Source: Scenedesmus sp. PABB004
Taxonomy: Eukaryota
DNA length: 64,000 nucleotides
NCBI GenBank assembly: GCA_014905635.1
Contig: CM026547.1
Coordinates: forward strand, 1,178,001-1,242,000
Direction of reading: 5' to 3'
Shown here: piece by piece, positions 13,201 through 22,891 of the stretch
Layout of the letters: each line of letters begins with the position of its first letter
Position numbering within the stretch: the stretch's first letter is position 1
Position numbers and translations under genes: made by a program
The notes under the pieces: generated by a model
Databases searched by the model: none
The model's input: the letters and a program-made list of their open reading frames with translations, nothing else
Told to the model about the DNA's origin: nothing

Positions 13201-14680
13201 GCCAACCAACGCCCGCGGCGCCGCGCCGGCCGCGCGCAGGCGCGACAGCTGCCCCGCGGTCGCCAAGATGCTGGAGGCCTGCCTGCGCCTGCTGTTTGCG
13301 TCCAAGGACCTCAGCCAGGTCAAGGACTACTGCGCCCGCCAGTGGGCCAAGATCCTCGGCAGCCGCGTGTCGGTGCAGGCGCGCGCCGCGCCGCGCCGCG
13401 CGCCGACCCGCTCCCGCCCCGGCGCCGCCCGCGGCCGGCCGCTTGGCTCAACCGAAGGACCCCTCCCCCCCCCCCCTCCCCTCACACCCCCCCCCCCCCA
13501 GGACTTTGTGTTTTGCAAGGAGGTCCGCCTCGGCAGCTACGCGCCGACCGCGGCCACGCTGCCGCCGGCGGCCATCGTTGCGGCCAAGGCCATGGCCGCC
13601 GACCCGCGCGCGGAGCCGCGCTACGGCGAGCGCGTGCCCTACGTGGTGCGCCGCGACGCATCCCGCCACATCCGCACCTGCGCACGCCGCCGCGCCCGCC
13701 AGCTTGCCGCGCGGCCCGCCGCCGCACCCGCCAGCGCGCCGCACCACCGCGCCGCCGCGCCGCCGCCGCCGGCGCCGGCGCGGCAGGTCGTGGCGGGCGC
13801 GCCGGGGTCGCGCCTGGTCGACCTGGTGGTCAGCCCCGGCGCGCTGGTGCAGCAGGAGGGCGGCGGCCGCGGCGCGCTGCGCCTGCACGGCACCTACTAC
13901 ATCACAAAGCAGGCGCGCCCCGCGCCGGCGCGCTGCTGTGCCGCCCGGCCGTGCTGCGCCGCGCTGCGCGGCTGCGCTGCGCGGCCGGCGCCGCGCGCGA
14001 GGTGCCGCCGCCGTCGCCGCCGGCCCGCCGCGCCGGCGCCGCGGCGCAGATCATCCCCGCGCTGGAGCGCGTGCTGTCGCTCGTGGGCGCCGACGTGCGC
14101 GCGTGGTACGCGGCCATGCGCAAGCCCACGCGCCTGCTGCCCCAGAAGCGCCCCAGCGCCGCGCTCGCGCTGCCCGCCGCGCCGCCGGCGGCGGCGGCGC
14201 CGGCTTTGCGCTCGCCGCGGCGCTGGCGGGCTTTGACGCCGCGGGCGGCCGCGCGCCCGGCGGCGCCGGCGCGGGCGCGGGCCCCCTGGCGCCGCCGGGC
14301 CGCCGGCGCCGGCGCCGCACGGCGGCGGGCCGCCGGGCGCGTCCAGCGCGACGATCGACACCTATTACCTGTCCCGCCACTGCGCGGTGTGCGACGAGCT
14401 CACGCGCGCCGCCGACACGCTGTGCGAGCGCTGCCGCGGCGCGCCGTCGGTGTCGGCCGCCGCGCTCGCAGCGCGCGCCGCGCGGCTCGAGCGGCAGCAC
14501 CAGCACCTCGTGCGCCTGTGCCAGAGCTGCGGCGGCGGCGGCGGCTGGGACGGGCGGCAGGGCGGTGTCGTGTGCACCTCGCTCGACTGCGGCGTGTTCT
14601 ATGAGCGCTGGAAGGCGCGCGGCGAGCTGCGCAGCATGGCCGCGCTCGCGGCAGCGGGCCTGGCGCTGCTGTCGGGGTGA
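3313..14680 (+). CDS. REV3: DNA polymerase zeta catalytic subunit (family B), about 20+ introns, long low-complexity middle region
   Basis: N-terminus VRLVAIDHYMAPP...[91 protein letters not shown]; C-terminal CAVC..CERC and CQSC..CTSLDCGVFY; stop TGA 14678-14680. Confidence 0.97.
7174..7224 (+). repeat. (CAG)17 polyglutamine tract in REV3
   Basis: Uninterrupted CAG run. Confidence 0.95.
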
Positions 14681-14980
14681 TGGTGTTGATGTAGAGGCAG
14701 GGGCGGCCGGGCTGAGAGGGGCTGAGGGGCTGAGGGGCCCGGGAAGCTCGGCAGACGGGCGGCGCAACGCCCGCCGTCTGTGGGTCGCGCTCGGCAACCA
14801 CGCACGCTCGCTCAACCTTGCCGTCGCTCGCCCTCGCGCTCTCAGAGTCCGCTCGTGCGTCCTGTGCACGCGAACAGCGGCCTGGCTTGCCGGGGCAGCG
14901 CAGTCAAGGTCAAGGTGCGCCAGCGCCGGCCGGCAGGCCCCGCCGCTCGCCGCGGCGAGCTTCCGACCCGTGAGGGCACG

Positions 14981-17493
14981 ATGATCAGCCCGCCCGCGGC
15001 TCATGAGCAGGCGGCCATGGCCAGCAGCGCGGCTGCCGACGCGGGCGCGAGCTGCGACGACTTTGCTCGTGAGGCGGCCGCTGGCGGGCGCCCCCGGGCG
15101 GCTCACAGCCCGGCCAGGCCCGCTCACTCACGGCCGCCGCCGCTCGCAGTCTATCGCAGCATCGCCGCCGCGCTCCGCGCGGACGACGACGCTGAGTGCG
15201 CCGCGCCGCCGCAAGCGCGCTCCGCCGACCTCGAGGTGGTCATCCCTGGCGACGGCGCGGGCGAGCCGCCGCCGCCGCCCGGCGCGGGCGCGGCGGCAGC
15301 CGCGGCACAGCCGCGCGCGGTCAAGGCGTGCACGCCCGACTTCACGCGGCGCCAGATCCGTTCGCTGCGCCGCCTCTGGCCGATCGCGGCGCCAGAGGTG
15401 AGGACGTCGTCACGCCTGCAGGTGCGCGCAGCCGCGCGCGGGCGCGGCGCGTCGCGCACGGCGCCAGCAGCGCCCGCGCCCTGCGGCACCGTGACGCCGC
15501 GCTGGTGCTGCCACCTTCAACAGGGCGACTACCAGCTGCTGGATGAGCTCGGCCGCGGCGCGTTCGGCACGGCGTGGCGTGCGCGGCACGCCGCCAGCGG
15601 CCGCCTCGTGTGCGTGAAGCAGGTGTCCGCCGGCCGCGCCGCGGCGGAGCTCGCGGCCGAGGTGGCCGTGCTTGCGTCGCTGCGCAGCCACCCCAACATC
15701 ATATCGTACGAAGACAGCTTCATGGCGGCGGGGCGGCTGCACATCGTGATGGAGCTCGCCGACGGCGGCGACCTCGCCGCCCTGCTCGCCGCGCGCCGCC
15801 GCGCCGGCGCGCACCTCACCGAGGATGAGGTTCTCGGCTACCTGGTCCAGGTGCGGGAGGCCGCTGCCGCTGGCGAGCTGGCCACCTGCGTGATCGATCT
15901 CGCGCGGCGGCGGGGCTCCTGTGCCTAACGCTGCCGCGCCGCGCAGGTGTTGTCGGCCCTGGCCTTCAGCCACGCGGCGGGCGTGCTGCACCGGGACGTC
16001 AAGCCCGCCAACCTGCTGCTGGGCGGCGGCGGGCTGCTCAAGCTGGCAGACTGGGGGCTGAGCAAGGTCCTCAGCGCGGGCCCGACGAGCGACGGCGGCG
16101 CCGCGCGGCAGCCAAGCGGCGGCGGCGGCACGCTGCCGGACGCGCGCGCGGGCCCGCTCGCGACGAGCTTCGTCGGCACGCCGGCCTGCATCGCGCCGGA
16201 GCTGCTCGCGGCGGCGCCGACCGGCTACAACATGCGCGCGGACGTGTGGGCGGCGGGGTGCCTGCTGTTCGAGATGGCCGCGCTGCGGCCGCCGTTTGCG
16301 GCGGAGCGCGTGGCCGCGCTGTACCGGCTCATTCGGCGCGGCCACGCGCTGGCGCTGCCGCCGCGCTGCAGCGCCGCGCTGCGCGGCCTCGTGGCGCGCA
16401 TGCTGGCGCCCGACCCCGCGGCGCGGCCGAGCAGCGCGGAGCTGCTGCAGGACGAGCTGCTCGCGCCGCACCTCACGCGCCACCAGCAGCGCCTGCGCGA
16501 GCTCGGCCTGGAGCTGCCGCCGCTGCCGTGCGCGCCGCCGGGGGGCGCCTCGGCCGCCGGCAGCCTCAGCGCCGGCGGCGGCGCCAGCGCCGCGGGCGCG
16601 GCGCGCGGCGCTGGCGACAGCGCAGCGGGCAGCTGCAGGGCAGCGAGCTGCAGCGGCAGCGGCGCGGGCTCGGCGCTCTCCTTTCGACGCGCCGCGCCGC
16701 TCGCCAGCGCGCCAGCTGCAGGCGCAGCGGCCGACCCGCTGCCCGCGCCGGGCGGGAGGCCAACCGGCCCGCTCCAGCGCCTGGTGCGCAGGTGGCTGGG
16801 GCGAGCCGCCAAGCCCGCGGCGCCCGCCGGCGGCGGGCCTGGCCAGGCGGGGCAGCGCGCCGCTGCGCAGGCGGCGGCGCCGCGGGAGCTGCGCTGCTTC
16901 GCGCCGCCCGGGCACGCGCTCAGCACCGTGGTCAGCGGCGGCAGCAGCCAGCACAGCGCAAGCCCCCGCGCGTGCGACAGCAGCGCGGGCGGCGGCGGCA
17001 GCGCGGCCAGGGTGCCGGCCGCAGCAGCAGCTGCAGCAGCAGCACCGAGCAGCGCAGCCCCAGCCGCCGCCGGCGGCGCGGCGCCTCCCTCGCGCTGGTC
17101 CAAGATGCTGGCGGCGTCCGGTCTGGCCGCGGCGGTCGGCTGCGGCGATGGCGCCGCGCCAGCACCCCCAGCACGCCGGCCCAGCCGGAGCAGCAGCAGC
17201 AGCAGCAGGGCGAGGTCCAGCCGCTGCGGACCATCAGCGAGCGCAGCGAGGGCTGTGCGGCGCCACGGTCGGCGGCGGCCAGCCCCGCGTCCTGCGCCTC
17301 GCAGCCAGCGCCGCCCGAGCTACGGCTGTGGCAGGAGCAGGTGGCGGCGGCGGAGGCGGTGCGGGGGCTGCGCGAGCGCCTGGGCGCGCGGCGCGGCGCG
17401 GCGGCCAGCCCTGGCTGCCGCAGCTGGGGCAGCCGCAGCGAGGCGTCGCCGACCGGCAGCGCGGCGCCGCTGGCAGCGAGTCCAGGGACGTGA
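14981..17493 (+). CDS. NEK/NIMA-like Ser/Thr kinase (start and 3' end uncertain; introns about 15422-15523 and 15851-15946)
   Basis: LGRGAFG, VCVKQV, HPNIISYEDSF, LHIVMELADGGDL, HRDVKPANLLL, DWG, FVGTPACIAPE, YNMRADVWAAGCLLFEMAALRPPF. Confidence 0.85.
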
Positions 17494-17829
17494 GGCAGGG
17501 GATTGGGGCTGTGGGGAGGCATGCATTTCAGCCGAAACTCCCGGCGGCCTGCGGCCGAAACTCGCCGTCACGCCCCGCCAAAACGACGCTCCCGCAAAAA
17601 GCCCAGCGCGCCACACACCCACGCTGAGGTCCTCCCGCCGCGCGGGCGCATTCCGCGCAGCTCCGGGACCCGCTAGCCGCACCCTTGACAGCCTCTCACG
17701 CCGCGCGACAGCGCCGCGAGCAGCAACCGCCGCGCCGCGCCGCACGGCCCGCCGCCGCGCGCCTGAGCGGCGAGCCTGACCCACGAGCGCGCCTGAGCCG
17801 CCCTCCGCTCCGCCGGCCCGGCGCCGGGC

Positions 17830-20403
17830 ATGGCCGCCTTCCCGCCCGGCGCGCCGGCGCCGCTGCAGCTCGTGAGCGTCGACCCCGACAGCGGCGCGGT
17901 CTCGTGCGGCGCGGAGGCGCTGGCGGCGCTGCGCGCGATCAGGACGCCCGTGGCGGTGGTGGCCGTCTGCGGGCGCGCGCGGACGGGCAAGAGCTACATC
18001 CTCAACCAGCTCCTCGGGCAGAGCACGGGCTTCCGGCTCGCGCACAGCCACCGGCCGTGCACCAAGGGGCTGTGGATCTGGAGCCAGCCCTTCAAGCGCG
18101 TGGGGCCCGACGGCAACGAGTTCCACGTGGTGCGCGCGCGCGCGCAGGGGGGCGGGCGGCCGCGCGCCGCCGCGCGCGCCAGCCAGGCGCCAGCACCCGC
18201 GCACGACTCCACCACCCCCGCCGCCGCCGCCGCCGCGCGCAGGTGCTGCTCGACTCGGAGGGCATCGACGCGTACGACCAGCGCGCGCAGGACGGCGTGC
18301 AGCTGCTCTCGCTCGCGGTGCTGCTCGCGAGCAGCTTTGTGTTCAACCAGATGGGCCCCATCGACGAGGCAGCGCTCGACCGGCTCAGCCTGGTCACGCA
18401 GATCACCAAGCACATCCGCGTGCGCGCGACCGGCCCCGCCGCGGGTGCGGGCACCAACGGCGCCGTCGCCTGGCAGCGGTCGGGGCGCGCCGCGGCAGCG
18501 CGCCGCCGGGCGAGCGGACGGACGCCCACCGCCCCCTCCGCCGCGCCGCCCGCGTGCGCGCGCAGAGGACGCGAGCGAGCTGTGCTCGTTCACGCCGTCC
18601 TTCATCTGGCTGCTGCGTGACTTCTACCTAGACCTCGAAGAGGACGGACGCAAGGTGGGGCTGTGACGCCGCGGCGCCGCAGGGCGACGCGCGCCCGCGC
18701 CGGCGCCCTCACGCTGCAGCAGCACACCGGCAGGCGCAGCGGCCCCGCGGCGGCGCTCGACGGCGGCGCCCGCGCCGGCCGCGCGGGGCGCAGGTGTCGC
18801 CGCGCGAGTACCTGGAGACGGCGCTGTCGCCGTCGGCGGGCGCGGGCGCGGCGGTGGAGGCGAAGAACCACGTGCGCGCGCCTGCGCCCGCCCGCGGCCC
18901 GCCGCCCCGCGCCGACCCCCCAGCCGCGGCGGCGCCACGGCGGCGCCGCGCTGCTGCTGCGACACAGGCCGTCGGCCGCCGCCGCCGCCGCCGCCGCGCG
19001 CAGATCCGTGGCAGCATCAAGTCGCTCTTCCCCGACCGCGACTGCTTCACGCTGGTGCGCCCGATGCACGACGAGCGCGCGCTGAACCACCTCGACGCGC
19101 TCAGCCCCGACCAGCTGCGCCCCGAGTTCCAGGAGGTGCGGCGACGGCGGCGGCGGCGGCGGCGACGGTGGCGACGGCGGCGGGGCCTGCGCCAGCGGCA
19201 GGCCGAGCGGCCGCAACCCCCGCCCCGCCGACCGCCGCCGCAGGGCGTGGCGCGCCTCACGCGGCTGCTGCTGGCGCGCGCGCAGCCGAAGCGCGTCGGG
19301 CTCGCGCCCGTGAGCGGCGCGGTGCTCGCGGGCCTGGCCGAGGCCTACTGCGCCGCGATCAACGCCGGGGCCGTGCCCACCATCGCGACCGCGTGGCAGG
19401 TGCGGCGCCGCGCCGCGCGGCCGCCGCCGCCGCGCTGCGCAGGTCGCCGCGCGGCCGCCCACCGCGCGCGCGCCGCCCGCCCCGGCCGGCCGGCGTTGCA
19501 GGGCGTGGCCGAGGCGGAGTGCCGGCGCGCCGCGGCCGCCGCGGAGGAGACGTACCGGCAGGAGTTTCAGCTCGACGGCGCGGCGGCGGAGCCCGAGTCG
19601 CTGCTGCTGGAGCACCTGGTGCGCGCGCGGGGCGGGCGTGGGTGGGGGGCGGGCGCCGGCGGGCGCGCCTCACGCGCGCGACCGCCCGCATGCGCCCGCG
19701 GCGCAGCGCTGCGTGGCGGCGGCCAAGAGCACGTTCAAGGCGATCGCGGTCGCGGAGCCGCGCGCGCGCGCGGCGGCCAAGGCCGGCCTGCTGGAGGCGC
19801 TGGAGGCGCGCTACGCGCTGATACGGGAGGGCGCGCTCGCGCGCGCGGCGGCGGGCGTGGACGCCGCGCTGCTCACCGCGGCGCAGCAGATCAGCACGGT
19901 GCGCGGCGGCGGCGCGCCCGCCCCAGGGGGGGGTGCTCTCGTCTCGCCCTCGCCGCGCCCTCACCGCGCCCACGCCGCGCCTCTCCTCACCGCGCCCGCG
20001 CCCGCGCCAGGCGGTGCGGCTGCACAGGAGCTGGGCGGACGTGCAGGCGCAGGTCGGCCGCACGACCGCCGAGTATGACGCCGCGACGGCGGGGCCGACC
20101 AAGTGGCCGCGGCTCACCGCGTTCCTGCAAGCCCACTACGGCCACATGGTCGCCGACTTTGTGCAGCGCTGCGAGGCCGACGCCGACAGGCGCGTCGCCG
20201 AGGCGCGCGCCGCGGCGCGCGAGGCCGAGGCGCGGCTCGGCCGCGCGGAGAGCCTGGCGGCCAAGGCCGAGACGCACGCGCGCGACCTCGCGACGGCCGA
20301 GGCGGCGCTCAAGCAGCAGCTCGCGCTCGAGCGCGACCGGCGGTCGTCGAGCTTCGGCGGGTTTGGCTTTGAGAGCTGCTGCAAGGCGCCCGCGGCGCTG
20401 TGA
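17830..20403 (+). CDS. Guanylate-binding protein (GBP/atlastin-family large GTPase), about 10 exons
   Basis: P-loop VAVCGRARTGKSYILNQLLG, CTKGLWIWS, LLDSEG, FIWLLRDF, IKSLFPDRDCFTLVRP, AINAGAVPTIATAWQ, helical C-terminus; stop TGA 20401-20403. Confidence 0.93.
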
Positions 20404-20971
20404 CCGCGGCCGTGGTTTTTGTCGCGCGGGCGCTGCGATTGCCGCCCCCGCCATTTCATGCTCGCGGCGGCGCAGGGAGGGCGACCCTGGTGAAACGTCC
20501 TCTCCCAGCTGCCCGCGCTCCAGCCCTCCACGCCCCTGCCGTCGCCGCCGCTCCTGCCGCCGCCCTTGGCGCTGCCGGCCCTCACGATCGCGGGGGGCGC
20601 GGGGACGCGGCGCGGCGGCGCGCACCAGGTCCACACTGCCCAGATCCACGCCCCCGTCTGTGCGGCCCCCACCCCAGCTCGTGGCGGCCTGCGGTTGTGT
20701 GTTACACAAAACCCCCGGCCGTGCACAGCCGCGCGCGCTCGCAACAGCGTAATCACCTGACCTGACGGCGCGGTGCACGTGTGCGGCGCGCCGCGCGACC
20801 GCACCGGCGCCCCCCCCCCCCTCACGCGCTTCCCGCCGCCGGCAGCGCGCGGCGCGCCCTGCCGAGCGCGTTGATCGCGTTGATCGCCGCGCGGCGCCCC
20901 CCCCCCCAGCTGGGTGCGGCAGCGACCTGCAGGTCGCGGCGCCGCGCCGCCACGCCCGCCTCAGCCCAGTC

Positions 20972-21050
20972 GGGCACGGCCTCGCCCCCGTCCAGCACGA
21001 CGGTGGCCAAACTTGGCATCGTCGTGCTCGACGAGGGCGACGCCGTGCCC
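20972..21050 (+). ncRNA. Stem-loop 1 (pre-miRNA-like)
   Basis: GGGCACGGC/GCCGTGCCC, TCGCCC/GGGCGA, CGTC/GACG, AGCACGACG/CGTCGTGCT, GCCA/TGGC, separated mostly by single mismatches. Confidence 0.55.
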
Positions 21051-21158
21051 TTGAGCGCCCAGCCGGGCTCGCGCCGGCCGTGCTGGTTGAAAGGCTGGCG
21101 CTGGCCAGCGACAGCGCTCCAACAAGCACGGCCGGCGCGAGCCCGGCTGGACGTTCAG
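21051..21158 (+). ncRNA. Stem-loop 2 with a perfect 26-bp inverted repeat (pre-miRNA-like)
   Basis: 21059-21084 CCAGCCGGGCTCGCGCCGGCCGTGCT is the exact reverse complement of 21125-21150. The stem extends by GTTG/CAAC inside and TGAGCG/CGTTCA outside. Confidence 0.6.
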
Positions 21159-21415
21159 GTTTGGCACCGTCGTGCCGGACGGGGGCGAGGTGAGGGTGAA
21201 ACGCGAGTGAGAAGCAGCGCCTCAACCTGCGCGCGGCGGCGGCGCGGCGCGCGGCGCGGCCGCGCGCGCCAGAGGCGGGGCAGCGCAGCGCAGCGGGCAG
21301 GGGGCGGCCACCCGCGCCCTGCGCCCGCCGAGCCCACCAGGCAGAGCCAGCGGGGGGAGGTGGCTGGCTGGCTGGGCCTGGTGGAGTCGGCGACGAGCGC
21401 CACAAACGCGGCTGC

Positions 21416-21533
21416 CTGCTGCCGCCCGCGGCGCGCTCACGTCGCCCATCACGTCGGACCAGGAGCTCTTGTCGGCACGCTGACAAGAGGTTCTGGTCGG
21501 ACGTGGTGGGCGGCTGAGCGCGCCACGCAGCAG
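21416..21533 (+). ncRNA. Stem-loop 3 (pre-miRNA-like, stem of about 43 bp)
   Basis: GGCGCGCTCA/TGAGCGCGCC, GTCGCCCATCACGTC/GACGTGGTGGGCGGC, GACCAGGA/TTCTGGTC, CTCTTGTCGG/CTGACAAGAG; 4 G-U pairs and no A-C mismatches on the + strand. Confidence 0.6.
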
Positions 21534-21589
21534 CTGGTGCTGCAGCGGAGCCGCCCCCCGCCGCCGCTCCTGCGCGCGTTTCGATGGGG

Positions 21590-21687
21590 CAGCGTGCCAC
21601 GGATCTTGGCGCTCCGAGCAGGCGTTGTACACCGCGCCCAGGCGGTGTTCAACCACAGCCTGGAGCGCCAAGATGCGCGGGCAGCTG
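21590..21687 (+). ncRNA. Stem-loop 4
   Basis: ATCTTGGCGCTCC (21603-21615)/GGAGCGCCAAGAT (21662-21674) is perfect; inner GTTG/CAAC and ACACCGC/GCGGTGT; outer TGCC/GGCA and CAGC/GCTG. Confidence 0.55.
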
Positions 21688-21703
21688 GAGCTCCTCGCGC
21701 GTG

Positions 21704-21791
21704 CCGTGGCGGCGTGGCACCTCGTGCTGGTTGATGTTCAGGAAGCCAGGCTTCTTCAACTTCAAACACCACGAGTTGCTAGGCACTGCGG
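21704..21791 (+). ncRNA. Stem-loop 5
   Basis: TGGCA/TGCTA, CTCGTG/CACGAG, TG/CA, TTGA/TCAA, GTT/AAC, AGGAAGC/GCTTCTT, with regular 1x1 mismatches. Confidence 0.5.
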
Positions 21792-22025
21792 CGGAGCAGC
21801 AGCAGCAGCGGTGCTCGGCGGCCGCGCGGCGGCGCCGCGTGCCCCTGCCCGGGCGTGGAGTGGGCCCGCTGAGCGAGGGCAGGGGAGGTGCGCCGCCCGC
21901 GGCCGTGCGCCGCCCGCGGCCGCGCGCCCGCCGCGCCGCAGGGCCCCAGAACCCAGGCGGCGGCGCAACTTTCGCCAAGGTCGCGGCGCCGCGCCGCCAG
22001 GCGGGGCAGCCGCCTCTCGGCCGCC

Positions 22026-22080
22026 CGCCGCGTTTGTGCGTGGAGAGCAGGATCCCTGCTGACCAAGCGCCAACGCGGCG
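22026..22080 (+). ncRNA. Stem-loop 6 (shorter)
   Basis: CGCCGCGTT/AACGCGGCG, GTGC/GCGC, TGG/CCA, AGCAGG/CCTGCT. Confidence 0.4.
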
Positions 22081-22557
22081 CGCAGAGGTCATCCCTGCCC
22101 CCGACGCGCGCGGGGGGTCGTCGATCATGATCTTGGTGTGCAAGGGCGCGCCGTGCTGAGCGGGCCGCCGGGCGGCGCGGCGGCGGCGGCCCAGCGCGCG
22201 CCGCGAGGCTGGTGTGCCGTCGCGGGCGGTCGAGGAGATGAGGCCAGGGCGGTGCAGTGGCGGCAGCGCGTCTGCGGTGCGGTGCGGCGTCGAGGCGGCG
22301 CGCGGCGCGAGCTGGCGCAGGTGGGGGGGGGGGGCGCGGGAGGCGCGCGCGGGAGGTGAGCGCGTGCGCACGCGCCGCGCCTGCGCCGGTCAAAGCTGCT
22401 GGCGACCCGGCGCCGCCTGCGTCGGCGCTCCCAAAGCGGCTCGGCACCGCCATGAGCGGCGGGCGGCAGGGGAGGGCGCTCGGCGCTCGAAGAGGGGCGG
22501 TCAACGTGGCGCGCGTTGCCGCCCGGTGCGCCGCAGGGGGCATGCGGCTTCCTCGTC

Positions 22558-22666
22558 ATCCTCGCTGCCGCCGGGGGTCGTGGCGCTTCGGCGGGTTCGG
22601 CTGCAGCTCTCGCAGCTGCACGGCCAGCGGCGCCTGTGTGACGGCCGCGCTTTTGGCACCGAGGGT
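22558..22666 (+). ncRNA. Imperfect long stem-loop (weak)
   Basis: ATCCTCG/CGAGGGT, TGCCG/TGGCA, GGTCGT/ACGGCC, GGCGCT/GGCGCC, TGCAGCT/AGCTGCA. Confidence 0.3.
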
Positions 22667-22891
22667 CACCGATTGCCGCCCGCCCTGTTCACCCTCGCGG
22701 CCCTGGTGACACGTCCTCTCACATATCGCACGCTCCAGCACGCGACAGGGCCCTGCCGCCGCCGCCGCGCCGCTCCTGCTGCTGCCGCCGCTCTCGCCGC
22801 CGCCCCTCGCGCCGCCGCCCTGCTTCGTGCTCGCGCCCGCGGGTAGCTCGCGGCATCCCCTTGCCGCCCGGGTGGCGAGGCGGGCGTCAGC

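Noticed and set aside
3313..14680. Family B polymerase as a marker of an endogenous giant virus or Polinton
   Set aside because: It has REV3-specific N-terminal motifs, C-terminal CysA/CysB clusters and many introns; no capsid, packaging ATPase or integrase genes are nearby
20374..20403. CaaX prenylation box on the GBP
   Set aside because: The cysteines are 7-8 residues from the end; the terminal four residues are PAAL
20980..21190. A/A'' inverted repeat as MITE terminal repeats
   Set aside because: No target-site duplication is visible and no second copy occurs in the window; not excluded without a genome-wide search
20972..21791. CRISPR-like array
   Set aside because: The hairpins are not identical direct repeats with regular spacers, there are no cas genes, and the context is eukaryotic
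20400..22850. snoRNA cluster, SRP RNA, RNase P/MRP, telomerase RNA or tRNA
   Set aside because: I found no convincing paired C/D boxes, H/ACA boxes, SRP helix-8 motif, telomere template or cloverleaf by eye; an Infernal/Rfam scan is needed to be sure
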